A DNA stretch of 64,000 bases, from assembly GCA_965263355.1 (NCBI GenBank), contig CBDHHL010000049.1, positions 128,001 to 192,000 on the forward strand. The letters are read 5' to 3'. How positions within the stretch are numbered: position 1 is the stretch's first letter; the number at the start of each line of letters is the position of its first letter. The position numbers and the translations under genes are program-made. Origin of the DNA: Leptolyngbyaceae cyanobacterium (GTDB taxonomy: Bacteria; Cyanobacteriota; Cyanobacteriia; Phormidesmidales; Phormidesmidaceae). This document shows positions 31,301-41,500 of this stretch, in pieces. The notes beneath the pieces were generated by a model that ran no database searches, was not told the origin of the DNA, and worked only from the letters and a program-made list of their open reading frames with translations.

Positions 31301-34300
31301 AGCTTGGGGCGATTACTCAAATCGGAAAAGTAGCCGAACGCGGGGCTGATATCCGAGCCCAGCAACAGGGCATGGGTATCATTAGACCGCAACAGGTGTT
31401 AGAAGTTCTAAAGCAATTATTACGGCACTCTGGTATAACCCAAATTGGATTGGTGCCCGTTGATTGGGCATCTGCTCAGTTGCCCCCCCAGTGGCAAAAT
31501 TGGTCCTATCTCTCCGATTTGACTAAGGTGGCTCAAGAGACATCCCTGGGCTCGTCCTCTGCCTTTATGCAGCAGTTGCAAGCAACGGCTGGGCCGGAAC
31601 AAAAATCGCTATTGACAGCCTTTGTGCGCAAACAAGTAGCGCAGGTATTAGGCATTGCCAATCCTCAAGAGATTAATGAATCCGCTAGCTTCTTCGACTT
31701 AGGCATGGATTCGCTCACTTCAGTGGAGTTCCGCAATCGATTGCAACAACAATTGGGCAATTCCTACGCTGTTTCCAGTACTCTTGCCTTTGACTATCCC
31801 ACCGTCAATCGTTTAGCCACCTATCTAGCAGAACAACTGGGCGCTTTGCCTGCAGCAGCTCCGAAACAGAAACCAATCATTGCTCGTTCGCTGGAGACCG
31901 ATGCCGTGGCCATTGTGGGACTAGCCTGTCGGTTTCCCGGTGCACCGGATAAGGACGCTTACTGGCAATTGCTCACAGACGGGATTGACGCCATTCGCGA
32001 AGTGCCGCCAGAGCGTTGGGATATTGATGCCTACTATGACCCAGACCCCAATGCGCCAGGAAAGATGACCACTCGCTATGGTGGGTTCATTGAGGCGATT
32101 GACCAGTTTGACGCCGCCTTCTTTGGCATTGCCCCCCGTGAAGTCATTGAACTGGACCCGCAACAGCGGTTTTTGCTGGAGATCAGCTGGCAGGCCTTGG
32201 AAGATGCCAATATTGCGCCAGAGACATTGGTGGGTAGCCAAACTGGGGTCTATGTTGGCATCAGCACTAATGACTATAGCCAGTTGATTGCCCGAGGCGG
32301 GGAACAGGCCATTGGTCAATACATGGGCACTGGCAATGCTGCTTCAGCCGCCGCCGGTCGACTCAGCTATGTGCTGGGCTTACAAGGACCGAGTTTGGCC
32401 ATTGATACCGCCTGCAGTTCGTCTTTGGTGGCTCTCCATCAGGCCTCCCATGGATTGCTCAAGGGGGACTGTGAGTTGGCTTTAGTGGGTGGAGTCAACG
32501 CCATCTTGAGTCCAGAGAATACTATTTACTTTAGTAAAGGTCGTTTTATGGCCCCCGATGGTCGCTGCAAAACCTTTGATGCCACTGCCGATGGCTTTGT
32601 GCGCTCAGAAGGTTGTGGTGTGGTGATACTCAAGCGCTTATCAGAGGCAGAACGGGACGGTAACCACATTTACGGCGTCATTCGCGGGTCGGCGGTCAAC
32701 CAGGATGGGGCTTCCGGGGGCTTAACCGTGCCCAATGGTCCGGCCCAGCAGCGTGTCATTGAACAAGCCCTGACGATAGCCAAGATTGAGCCAGAGTCGG
32801 TCTCCTATGTCGAAGCCCACGGTACTGGAACCAGTCTGGGTGACCCGATAGAAATTCAAGCGCTCCAGCAGGTCCTAGGGCAGGCTCACAGCTCAGAACA
32901 GCCCCTTTGGGTAGGTTCTGTCAAAACCAACATTGGTCATCTTGAAGCGGCGGCTGGCATCGCCAGTATCATCAAGGTGGCCTTGAGTTTCGATCACGGT
33001 GTGATTCCGGGACAGTTGCATTTCCACACACCTTCGCCGCGTATTCCCTGGGAAAATATCAATATTCAGGTGGTTGCCACCGCTCAGGGATGGCCAAGCC
33101 GTCGCAGAATTGCTGGGGTCAGTGGTTTTGCTTTCCAGGGCACCAATGCCCATTTGGTCTTAGAAGGCTATGGGCCATCCCAAGTGGTTGATGCAACACC
33201 AACAGAACAGAAAAATGACAGTTCTGCTGAGCCATCTCTCATGCTGTTGCCGCTCAGTGGCAAGAGTGAGGCAGCGGTGCAAGCCTTAGCTGCGGTCTAT
33301 GCTAATTGGCTGGAAATCCACGATGATATCCCCCTGAAGGATGTGTGCTTTACCGCTGGGGTGGGTCGTAATCATTTTGGCTATCGGACGACGGTCGTCG
33401 CTCAAACCCAAGCTCAGTTCCGACAGGGATTGCAGCAGGTGGCAGCGGGTACTGTAGATTTACAACGCATTCAACAGCAGCCACAAATCGCGGTTCTGTT
33501 CACCGGCCAGGGGGCACAGTACATAGACATGGCCCGTGAGCTTTATGAGACTCAGCCATCCTTTGGACAAACCTTAGACCAGTGCAGTGAGATTCTCAAT
33601 GCTTATCTGGAGAGCCCTTTGCTCGATGTGCTTTATCCAGATGAGAGAACAGAACAAGCCGATGACTTACTGAATCAAACAGCTTACACCCAACCAGCGT
33701 TGTTTGCCATTGAGTATTCGCTCTACCAACTCTGGCAATCCTGGGGTATCACTCCGTCTGTCGTTATGGGTCATAGTATCGGCGAGATAGTCGCTGCCTG
33801 TGTCGCAGGTATCTTTAGTCTAGAAGATGGATTGAAGCTCAGCGCCATGCGGGGCAAACTGATGGGGCGGTTACCCTCCGGGGGAGCGATGCTCTCGGTG
33901 ATGGCCTCCGTTAATCAGGTGAGAACTCTCATTGCTGAAAGAGGCAACATCACCATTGCCGCTATCAATGGCCCTGAGAGTACGGCCATTTCTGGAGAAG
34001 CATCAGTTGTTCGAGTCGTTTCTCAACAATTAGAGGCCCAGGGGATTAAGACTAAGCAACTGCAGGTTTCCCATGCTTTCCATTCGCTCTTGATGGAACC
34101 GATACTGGCCGAGTTTGAGCAGGTGGCTAGACAGATACGCTATTCACGCCCCAAACTCAAACTCATTTCCAATGTCACCGGACAGGTGGTTACCGAGGAA
34201 ATCGCCACCCCTGAGTATTGGTGTGAGCATATTCTAGCTCCAGTCAACTTTGTTGCTGGCATGGAGCGTCTGCAACAGGAAGAGATAGATATCTTCCTCG

Positions 34301-37300
34301 AATGTGGTCCTCAACCGATTCTGTTGGGCATGGGTCGGCAATGCCTCCCCGAGGATGAGGATAAAGTATTGCTGCCGTCTCTCAGACCTGGTCAAAATGA
34401 TTGGCAACAGATGCTTTCCAGTTTGAGCCAGCTCTATGTCCGTGGTGTGAGCATTGATTGGATGGGCTTTAACCAAGACTCTCCTCAACATTGCAAAGTC
34501 TCCCTACCCACCTATCCTTTCCAACGTCAACGCTATTGGATTGATGTTCAAGCCTCGACGAATGCACTGACGGCTAAAACGGCCCATGATGAAACTTTGC
34601 ATCCCTTGCTTGGCCATAAAGTCTCTCTGGCCGGTTCTCAGGTTTACTTTGAATCCGTTGTGAGCTCTCATCAACCGACCTATCTAGCCGAGCATCGCGT
34701 CTTCAACCGGACATTGTTCCCCACCACAGCCTACCTGGAAATGGGGCTGGCTGCTGGCCATCAAGTGTTTCCAGAACAACCCTTCACCCTTGAGCAATTC
34801 GAAATCGAACGGGGTCTGATTCTGCCTGAATCCAGTCCTACCCAAGTGCAAACCCTGATTACGCGTGATGCCCCAGATAGCTATCGCTTCGAAATCTATA
34901 GCTTATCCCCTGCCTCAGATGCTGGTACAGAATCTCAATGGCAACGCCATAGCCACGGCCTGATTCGGTTAGCGTCTCAAGTCGTGTCAATTCCCACCGT
35001 CTCGCTGAGCCAGTATCAAACCGAGTGTTCACATCGCTGTGAGGTCGCCGCCCATTACCGTCGTTTCTGCCAGCAACAGATTGACTACGGCGATAGTTTC
35101 CAGGGTATTCAGCAGCTGTGGCAAGGCGATGGCAAAGCCCTGGCTCAACTACAACTGCCCATGGCCCTGGTGGGCGATAGTGCCGACTATGATATCCATC
35201 CAGCCCTTTTAGATGCAGCTCTGCAGGTTCTCTCTGCCCTCGATGCTGGAACCGAGACAACCACCACTTATCTGCCCGTTGCGATTGAGCGATTTGAGGT
35301 CTATCGCTGCCCTGGATTGAGCCTATGGGTACTCGGCCAATGGCAAACGACAGAACAATCTACTGGACTAAGTGCACAAGTCCAACTGCTGGATAAGACC
35401 GGTCAGCTGATTGCCCGCATCGATGGCCTGCATGTCAGGGCTGCTACTCCTGCCGCACTGCTAGGTCAACCCCGCAATTTGGACCCGCATCTCTACCAGG
35501 TTGACTGGCGGGTCCAATCTCGCTTCGGTCGCTTGACACCCCCAGACTTCTTGCTGTCGCCACCTGAACTCTCCACTACCTTAGCCCCTCAGGTGCAGAC
35601 CCTGTTGTTAGATAATCCCACCCTGCAACAGCATTATGCCACCCTGTTACCCTCGCTAGAACAGGTCAGTGTAGACTTCATCGTGAAGGCTTTCGGCCAA
35701 CTGGGCTGGGCCTATCAACCGGGTGAACAGTTGCAACTGGAGAAGATTGCTCAACGCCTGGGCATCGTACCCCAACATCATCGCTTGCTGGCTCGCTTGC
35801 TGGAGATTCTCTCAGATGTAAAAATCCTCACCCCTCAGCAAGACTCCTGGCAGGTGCTACAAGCGTTACCCGCGACTGAGGCCATCACCCCTCCAACTCC
35901 ATTAGTGGCAGCGTCCGCCGAATGGCTGCTGCTGGAGCGCTGTGGCAGCCAGCTAGCAGCGGTCTTACGAGGGGCTATCGACCCTGTACAGCTGGTGTTC
36001 CCATCGGGTGACTTGAGCAATGCCACTCGACTTTATCAAGACTCACCCGCCGCTCACAGCTTTAATCGCCTGGTGCAGCAGGTTGTTACAACGGCTGTAA
36101 CCCATGCTCCGGCTACTCGAGGCCTGCGTATCCTTGAAATTGGTGCCGGTACCGGTGGAACGACCAGTACCCTACTGCCTCACTTACCGACTGCACAAAC
36201 TCGCTATTGCTTCACCGACATTGGTGCGCTCTTCACCCAGAAAGCCCAGGAACGCTTTGGCCATGACTATCCCTTTGTCAGCTATCAAACTCTTGATATC
36301 GAACAAGACCCGGCTGAGCAGGGCTTTGCAGAGCAGCAACAGGATATTGTGATTGCAGCCAATGTGTTGCATGCCACCTGTGACCTGAAGCAAACCTTGA
36401 GCCATGTGCGACAGTTGCTGGCACCGGGAGGGATGCTGGTACTGCGGGAGGGAACGGCTCGTCAACGCTGGGTAGATTTGATTTTTGGTCTACTAGATGG
36501 CTGGTGGCGATTTAGCGATCGCAACCTACGCCCCGATTATCCCCTGCTCAATTGCACCCAGTGGCAACAGCTCTTAATGGAAACGGGGTTTGAGTCAGTC
36601 ACAGTCCTACCGGATGAGAGTGCTGGAGATGATCTGGGCCAAGCGGTAATTGTTGCCAAAACCAGTGCTCAAACAAGTACAGACTTATCCAAAACTGATA
36701 AATCTGTGATTAAGCCTGCTAAGGGTTGGTTACTCTTAGCCGATCAGCAAGGGATAGCACAACAGCTGGTGCAGCGATTGGCAGCCCAAGGAGAGGCTTG
36801 CACTGTGGTACAGCAGGTACTGCAAGATGTCGCAGGATACCAGCACCTGTTAACCCAGCTACAGACACCAGAAACGGAATTGCAAGGGGTGATTCATTGT
36901 TGGGGGCTAGATGTGCCTGATAGTCAGACAATGGATGCCCCAGACTTAGCAGCAGCCTCTCAGTTAGGCTGTGGTACCCTATTGCCCTTAGTACAGGTGC
37001 TGGTCCAGCAAAAAGCGATCGCAACACCCAGACTCTGGATTGTCACTCGTGGGGCTCAGCCAGTGGGTGCATCCCCTGAGAATTTATCGGGGGTGAGTCA
37101 GGCCTCAATGTGGGGCATGGGCAAAGTAATTGGCCTGGAGCATCCGGAACTCTCCTGCACCCATATTGACCTGGATGGGAATGCGACCATTGCAGCCCAA
37201 GCCGAGAGTCTCTGGGCTGAGATCTGGTCTCAAGACAAGGAAGACCAGGTGGCGCTGCGACAAGATCAACGCTTTGTTGCCAGACTGGCTAAAAATGAGC

Positions 37301-38574
37301 AGTTGACAATGGCTGACAACGAAGCTGCGATGCCCCGACCAGAGGGTACCTATCTGATTACTGGAGGCCTGGGTGGCTTGGGTCTATTGGTGGCCGATTG
37401 GTTTATTGACCATCAGGTTAAACATCTGGTTCTGACCAATCGACGCGAACCCAGCGAATCGGTCCAGGCCCAGCTCCAGAAATTGAGGGAGAAAGGGGCT
37501 CAGGTCACCGTTGCCCAGGCCGATGTCACCGATGCAGTCGTAATGGCTACCGTCATTGACAACATCCGAAAATCGGGTTTTCCGCTCAAGGGCATCATCC
37601 ATGCCGCTGGAGTGCTCGACGACGGCACCCTATTGCAACAAAGCTGGCCTAAGTTTGAGGCGGTGCTCGGCCCAAAGGTACAAGGAGCCTGGAATCTGCA
37701 TCAGCTGACCCAAACAGAGTCAATTGACTTCTTTATCTCGTTCTCTTCAGCTGCTGCATTACTCGGCTCTCCCGGTCAAGCCAATCATTCAGCCGCCAAT
37801 GCCTTTCTCGATGGTCTGGCGCACTACCGACGGTCCCTAGGCTTAGCCGGTCAGAGTTTTCAGCTAGGAGCCGTTACCCGCATAGGAGAAGCGGCTGAGC
37901 GGGGGGCTGATGTTAGGGCACAAAAACAGGGAATGGGGGTGATTGAGCCTCAACAGGTATTAACCATCCTGGAGCGATTGTTACGCCAACCTCAAGTCAC
38001 TCAGGTTGGTCTTGTCCCCATTGATTGGAAATTAGCGCAGCTACCTGTCCAGTGGCATCGTTGGCCCTACTTATCAGATTGGACAAAGTTGAGTCAAAGC
38101 AACGCCGTTGACCAGACATCAGCAGTCATCAAGCAACTGCAATCAACGCCTGTCCAAGAACAAAAGGTACTTTTAGTTGCTTTTATCCGTCAGCAAGTGG
38201 CCCAAGTACTGGGCCTGAAGGATGCTCAACAGTTAGACATCTATCAGTCTCTCTTTCATATCGGTCTGGACTCTTTGATGGCGGTGGAACTAAGAAGCCA
38301 ATTACAAAACCAATTGAACCTATCGTTAAGCTCAACCCTGTTGTTTAACTACCCCACCATTGATGCATTAACAAACTACATTCTGAGTGAAAAATTATCG
38401 ACTACATCACAAAGCTCAGAAAGTGATGCATTCAACAACAGCTCCAGGACAAATTTACAGGCTGAGGAAAGTCTAAAACAATCTCGTTCAGATGCGCTAG
38501 ACGGGCTTTCAGAGGATGAACTAGCGGATCTACTCAGCAAAAAGATTCATCAACGTAGAGGAAATAACAAATGA
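25318..38574 (+). CDS. Bimodular cis-AT type I PKS: (KS-AT-DH-cMT-KR-ACP) x2
   Basis: Two each of DTACSSS/HGTGT (KS), GHSxG and HAFH (malonyl AT), H...HPALLD (DH), ILEIGAGTGG (MT), GGLGGLG/HAAGVLDD (KR), GMDSL or GLDSL (ACP). Confidence 0.96.
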   Translation: MNNSKMTHASDPIAIIGTACRVPGACNLDDFWHLLSTGQDQISILSPQRWSLARPHLSAQDLESIRKQSPVCWGGFLSQVDQFDPSFFGISAREAVSMSPQHRVLLEVAWETLEDAALRPDQLNKTNTGVFLGLTNRDYSHLAWNHHDLKDPYLTTGNSSSIAANRISYLLNLSGPCVVVDTACSSSLVAIHLACQSIRAGESTMAFAGGVNLTLDPDLMFNLAAGGFQAPDGRCKTFDSRADGYVRGEGAGLVLLKPLAQALTDGDPIHALILGSAVNQDGRTQGITAPKPTAQEAVVRQAYQQAGVSPGQVQYVETHGTGTKLGDPIELGALGKVLKDGRNPDDVCLVGAVKTNIGHLEAASGIAGLIKVVLSLQHRQIPPNLHFQSPNPYIPFGKLPVEVPQALTAWPSYGDDAIAGVSAFSFGGTNAHVVLQAAPHREKPVIQIERPLHLLTLSAKSTTALKDFAQRYEKHLQYHTEQTLGDICYTANIGRAHHDCRLAIVSTSKTDLMAKLKAFELGEDNSSFLEEQRSPNTQSNIAFLFTGQGSQYVDMGRELYETQLTFGRALDQCADILHEVNVPLLEVLYDQAEGDEQKINNTAYTQPALFALEYALYKLWQSWGINPSVVMGHSVGEYVAACVAGVFSLEDGLKLIAARGRLMQQLPSGGGMVSLMASVEQVKTVIADQPDGTIAAINGPQSTVISGPIPALQTMVEQFARAGVKGKFLSVSHAFHSPLMAPMLAEFEQVAKQVSYSPPKLKLISNVTGQVVTEAVATPDYWCEHILAPVNFAAGMERLQQEEINIFLECGPQPVLLGMGRQCLSEDEEIAWLPSLRPGQNDWQQILSSLGKLYICGVNIDWIGFDQDYPKRRKVTLPTYPFQRQHYWIEAVKQSMIGQRADKLIHPLLGQQLFLPTSQEIHFEANLNKNSPAYLGDHLVFDQLVFLGAGYLEMALAASLQIFQCQTLVLEDVSFVKALVLPSNGEDVSLHLVMKLESDQFERSIATWQIFSLNNQSGTEESDWILHARGKAIPQQADVATAPTCDLTALKARFPEEFNQNVYDQALGLSYGPLLRHIKQIWLAQGEALGHIQLQDMLALETEQYVLHPALLDSCFQTMFTLVGNHDQSFHISENPYLPVGISRLTLHRMPTTEVWSQGLLNTTDLANSQQSSTDINLFTPQGEAVVTIEGLKARKTSIQELFSHQPQEPQPVYQVEWRSQARFGRLASPAFLLSSTELNTALALQVQTLLLENSTLHQQYADLFPFLESASLHFIVNALNTLGWTYPPGEQLQLKQVAQRLGIVPQHHRLLGRLLEILVEADILTHQQGQWQVLKSLPTAETIPPSSSLVTESAEWQLLERCGSQLAAVLRGAIDPVQLVFPGGDLSHATRLYQDSPTAQSFNRLVQQVVTTAVANCPANRGLRILEIGAGTGGTTSALLPHLSAEKTCYCFTDIGAMFTQKAQERFWEAYPFVTYQTLDIEQNPSDQGFEMQQQDIVIAANVLHATRDLKQTLSHVRQLLAPGGLLVLLEGTARQRWVDLIFGLLDGWWRFSDRDLRPDYPLLNRAQWQQTLTETGFESVTVLPSEGVGDDLGQAVIVAQTDLSAAVESELEPTKGWLLLADQQGVAQQIAQQLEAKGERFIVVSQVPQDMAGYQHLVAQIQTPETELKGVIHCWGLETENIQTMDTQTLADAFRLGCGTLLPLVQALVQQEATPRLWIVTRGAQAVGTVSENLSGVSQASLWGMGKVIALEHPEFHCTCIDLDVDTAVEDQAEQLWAEVWSGESEDQVALRQDERFVARLTRSEPLVPAENEDAMTLSEGTYLITGGLGGLGLLVADWFIDHQAKHLVLVNRSAPSESVQAQLQKFREKGAQITVAQADVTDTSAMATIIDSIRQSDFLLKGIIHAAGVLDDGTLLQQSWSKFATVLGPKVQGAWNLHQLTQSEPLDFFVSFSSVAALLGSPGQANHAAANAFLDRLAHYRQSLGLAGQSFQLGAITQIGKVAERGADIRAQQQGMGIIRPQQVLEVLKQLLRHSGITQIGLVPVDWASAQLPPQWQNWSYLSDLTKVAQETSLGSSSAFMQQLQATAGPEQKSLLTAFVRKQVAQVLGIANPQEINESASFFDLGMDSLTSVEFRNRLQQQLGNSYAVSSTLAFDYPTVNRLATYLAEQLGALPAAAPKQKPIIARSLETDAVAIVGLACRFPGAPDKDAYWQLLTDGIDAIREVPPERWDIDAYYDPDPNAPGKMTTRYGGFIEAIDQFDAAFFGIAPREVIELDPQQRFLLEISWQALEDANIAPETLVGSQTGVYVGISTNDYSQLIARGGEQAIGQYMGTGNAASAAAGRLSYVLGLQGPSLAIDTACSSSLVALHQASHGLLKGDCELALVGGVNAILSPENTIYFSKGRFMAPDGRCKTFDATADGFVRSEGCGVVILKRLSEAERDGNHIYGVIRGSAVNQDGASGGLTVPNGPAQQRVIEQALTIAKIEPESVSYVEAHGTGTSLGDPIEIQALQQVLGQAHSSEQPLWVGSVKTNIGHLEAAAGIASIIKVALSFDHGVIPGQLHFHTPSPRIPWENINIQVVATAQGWPSRRRIAGVSGFAFQGTNAHLVLEGYGPSQVVDATPTEQKNDSSAEPSLMLLPLSGKSEAAVQALAAVYANWLEIHDDIPLKDVCFTAGVGRNHFGYRTTVVAQTQAQFRQGLQQVAAGTVDLQRIQQQPQIAVLFTGQGAQYIDMARELYETQPSFGQTLDQCSEILNAYLESPLLDVLYPDERTEQADDLLNQTAYTQPALFAIEYSLYQLWQSWGITPSVVMGHSIGEIVAACVAGIFSLEDGLKLSAMRGKLMGRLPSGGAMLSVMASVNQVRTLIAERGNITIAAINGPESTAISGEASVVRVVSQQLEAQGIKTKQLQVSHAFHSLLMEPILAEFEQVARQIRYSRPKLKLISNVTGQVVTEEIATPEYWCEHILAPVNFVAGMERLQQEEIDIFLECGPQPILLGMGRQCLPEDEDKVLLPSLRPGQNDWQQMLSSLSQLYVRGVSIDWMGFNQDSPQHCKVSLPTYPFQRQRYWIDVQASTNALTAKTAHDETLHPLLGHKVSLAGSQVYFESVVSSHQPTYLAEHRVFNRTLFPTTAYLEMGLAAGHQVFPEQPFTLEQFEIERGLILPESSPTQVQTLITRDAPDSYRFEIYSLSPASDAGTESQWQRHSHGLIRLASQVVSIPTVSLSQYQTECSHRCEVAAHYRRFCQQQIDYGDSFQGIQQLWQGDGKALAQLQLPMALVGDSADYDIHPALLDAALQVLSALDAGTETTTTYLPVAIERFEVYRCPGLSLWVLGQWQTTEQSTGLSAQVQLLDKTGQLIARIDGLHVRAATPAALLGQPRNLDPHLYQVDWRVQSRFGRLTPPDFLLSPPELSTTLAPQVQTLLLDNPTLQQHYATLLPSLEQVSVDFIVKAFGQLGWAYQPGEQLQLEKIAQRLGIVPQHHRLLARLLEILSDVKILTPQQDSWQVLQALPATEAITPPTPLVAASAEWLLLERCGSQLAAVLRGAIDPVQLVFPSGDLSNATRLYQDSPAAHSFNRLVQQVVTTAVTHAPATRGLRILEIGAGTGGTTSTLLPHLPTAQTRYCFTDIGALFTQKAQERFGHDYPFVSYQTLDIEQDPAEQGFAEQQQDIVIAANVLHATCDLKQTLSHVRQLLAPGGMLVLREGTARQRWVDLIFGLLDGWWRFSDRNLRPDYPLLNCTQWQQLLMETGFESVTVLPDESAGDDLGQAVIVAKTSAQTSTDLSKTDKSVIKPAKGWLLLADQQGIAQQLVQRLAAQGEACTVVQQVLQDVAGYQHLLTQLQTPETELQGVIHCWGLDVPDSQTMDAPDLAAASQLGCGTLLPLVQVLVQQKAIATPRLWIVTRGAQPVGASPENLSGVSQASMWGMGKVIGLEHPELSCTHIDLDGNATIAAQAESLWAEIWSQDKEDQVALRQDQRFVARLAKNEQLTMADNEAAMPRPEGTYLITGGLGGLGLLVADWFIDHQVKHLVLTNRREPSESVQAQLQKLREKGAQVTVAQADVTDAVVMATVIDNIRKSGFPLKGIIHAAGVLDDGTLLQQSWPKFEAVLGPKVQGAWNLHQLTQTESIDFFISFSSAAALLGSPGQANHSAANAFLDGLAHYRRSLGLAGQSFQLGAVTRIGEAAERGADVRAQKQGMGVIEPQQVLTILERLLRQPQVTQVGLVPIDWKLAQLPVQWHRWPYLSDWTKLSQSNAVDQTSAVIKQLQSTPVQEQKVLLVAFIRQQVAQVLGLKDAQQLDIYQSLFHIGLDSLMAVELRSQLQNQLNLSLSSTLLFNYPTIDALTNYILSEKLSTTSQSSESDAFNNSSRTNLQAEESLKQSRSDALDGLSEDELADLLSKKIHQRRGNNK

Positions 38575-41500
38575 TGGATATTTCTACTAATCGCGATTAT
38601 CGTCCTCTCTTGAAAGAGGCTCTGCTAGAGATTGAAGCACTCCAGTCGGAACTAAAAGCTGTTCAGCACACCCAAACCGAACCTTTAGCCATTATCGGCA
38701 TGGGGTGTCGCTTCCCTGGTGGTGGTAATAATCCAGAAGCCTTCTGGCAACTGCTGAAAAACGGTTCTAATCTTTGTGTTGACATTCCGGCGTCGCGTTG
38801 GGAAATTGACGCGTTCTATGACCCTGACCCAGCAGCGCCCGGTAAGATTTACACTCGCATGGGCCATTTCCTCAACGTTCCCATTGACAGATTTGATCCT
38901 CAGTTCTTTGGGTTGTCTCCCCGCGAAGCCAGGAGCCTGGATCCCCAGCAACGATTGCTCCTGGAAGTGTGTTGGGAAAGTCTGGAACATGCAGGCCTGG
39001 ATGCCACCGGTCTCCTCGCTTCGAAAACGGGTGTCTTTGTCGGTTTGATGAATGTTGAATATCCGAGGCTGGCGTTTCCCTCCTACGAGGCCATTGATAT
39101 GCATTCGGCCTCGGGAAATGCACCCAGTACGGCGGCGGGTCGTATTGCTTACACCTTTGGTTTTCAAGGACCTACCCTGGCCATTGATACCGCTTGCTCA
39201 TCATCGCTTGTGGCTGTGCATATGGCCTGTCAGAGTCTGCGGTTGGGTGAATGCGATATGGCGTTGGCCTGTGGCACCAATTTGATGTTGGGTCCTGAAA
39301 TGTATATCGGCGAATGTCGCAGTCAGATGCTGTCGACGGACGGCTTGTGTAAGACCTTTGATATTGCCGCCGATGGTTTTGGTCGTGGAGAAGGGTGTGG
39401 GGTGGTTGTGCTCAAACGACTCTCTGATGCCCAGCGCGATCGCGATACTATCCTAGCTTTGATCCGGGGCTCAGCGGTGAATCAAGATGGGCGTAGTGGC
39501 GGGTTAACGGTACCCAATGGCTTGGCTCAAGAGCAGGTGATTGGCGCTGCGCTCAACAATGGCCAGGTTGAGCCCCATCAATTGCAGTATGTCGAAGCCC
39601 ATGGCACCGGAACGTCTCTAGGAGACCCGATTGAAATTACGGCCCTGGGCAATGTGTTTGGTCAGAGTCATTCCCAAGAGCAGCCTTTGATGGTGGGATC
39701 AGTCAAGACCAATATTGGTCATACCGAAGCGACGGCGGGGATTGCAGGCTTGATTAAGTTGGTGTTGCAGTTGCAGCACGATGAGATCGCACCGCACTTA
39801 AATTTGAGTACCTCCAATCCCTACATTGATTGGGAGAAAGCACCCGTCACAATTCCCACAACACTGACCCCATGGCCTCGGAGGCAGACACCGCGATTGG
39901 CGGGGGTGAGTTCCTTTGGGTTTAGTGGCACCAATGCCCATGTGATTGTTGAAGAGGCACCGATTGCTGTACCCACTCAGCCAGATGTAAGTCCAGAGTC
40001 ACCATGGCAGATATTAACCCTATCGGCCAAAGAACAAACAGCCCTGCAGCAGCTGGCTAAGCAGTATGAGAGCTATTTAGAGACAATGCCAGCCGATGAC
40101 CTGGCGGATGTGTGCTTTAGTACTCGGGTCGGTCGAGCCCATTTTGAGAAAAGATTGGCCTTAGTGGGTCAAGATAAAGGTGATTTTTTAGCTCAACTCA
40201 GAGGCTGGTCATCTGAAGAACAATCTAGTACAGGGACTGGGAAAAAAGGCAAAACCGCGGTTCTGTTCACAGGACAGGGGTCCCAGTATGTGGATATGGG
40301 GCGTCAATTATACGAGACTCAACCACTGTTCCGGCAGACCCTCGACCACTGTAACACCATTCTCCAAGCCTACCTAGATCTAGATATTCTCAATATCCTC
40401 TACCCAGATACCTCAGAAACAGGGCAGGCACAAGACCAGCCCCTACAGTCTGCTTCCCCCTCACCCCTCGACCAAACCACATACACCCAGCCAGCATTAT
40501 TTGTCATTGAGTATGCACTCTATAAACTCTGGCAATCTTGGGGGATCACACCGTCTGTGGTGATGGGCCATAGCATCGGTGTGATAGTGGCCGCCTGTGT
40601 TGCTGATGTCTTTAGCCTGGAAGATGGACTAAAGCTGAGTGCGATGCGGGGAAAACTGATGGGGCAGTTACCCTCTGGGGGAGCGATGCTCTCGGTAATG
40701 GCCTCCGTTGATCAGTTGGGAACTCTCATTGCCGAAAGAGGCAACGTCACCATAGCCGCGATCAACGGTCCTGAGAGTACGGTTATTTCTGGAGAACAAT
40801 CCGCTGTTCGAGCCGTTGGGCAACAATTAGCAGCTCAGGGGATTAAGACCAAGCAGCTGCAGGTTTCCCATGCCTTCCATTCACCTTTGATGAAACCGAT
40901 GCTGGCCGAGTTTGAACAGGTGGCCAAACAGATTAACTATGCTCCCCCCAAACTCAAACTAATCTCCAATGTCACCGGACAGATTGTTACCGAAGAAGTA
41001 ACCACCCCTGAGTATTGGTGTGATCATATTCTGGCCCCAGTCAACTTTGCCGCTGGCATGGACAGACTACAGCAAGAGGAGATAGACGTCTTCCTCGAAT
41101 GTGGGCCTCAACCGATTCTGTTGGGGATGGGCCGTCAATGTTTGCCTGAGGATGAAGAGAACGCCTGGCTACCCTCCCTAAGAGTTGGGCAAGATGATTG
41201 GAAACAGATGCTCTCTAGTCTGAGGCAGCTCTATATCCGCGGGGTAGCCATTGATTGGAGAGGCTTTGATAAGGACTATCCCCAACGCCGCAAAGTCTCC
41301 CTACCCACCTATCCCTTCCAACGTCAACGCTATTGGATTGATGTTCCTCCTCAACATCGAATGCTGCCTGCTCATGCACTTGTGGGCAGCAAATTAGAGC
41401 TGGCTTCTACCGGACAAACTGTTTACCACCAAATCATTAATCTGGCCCAACAACCTTGGATTGGTGACCACCGGGTGTATGACACCGTCGTCATTCCAGG

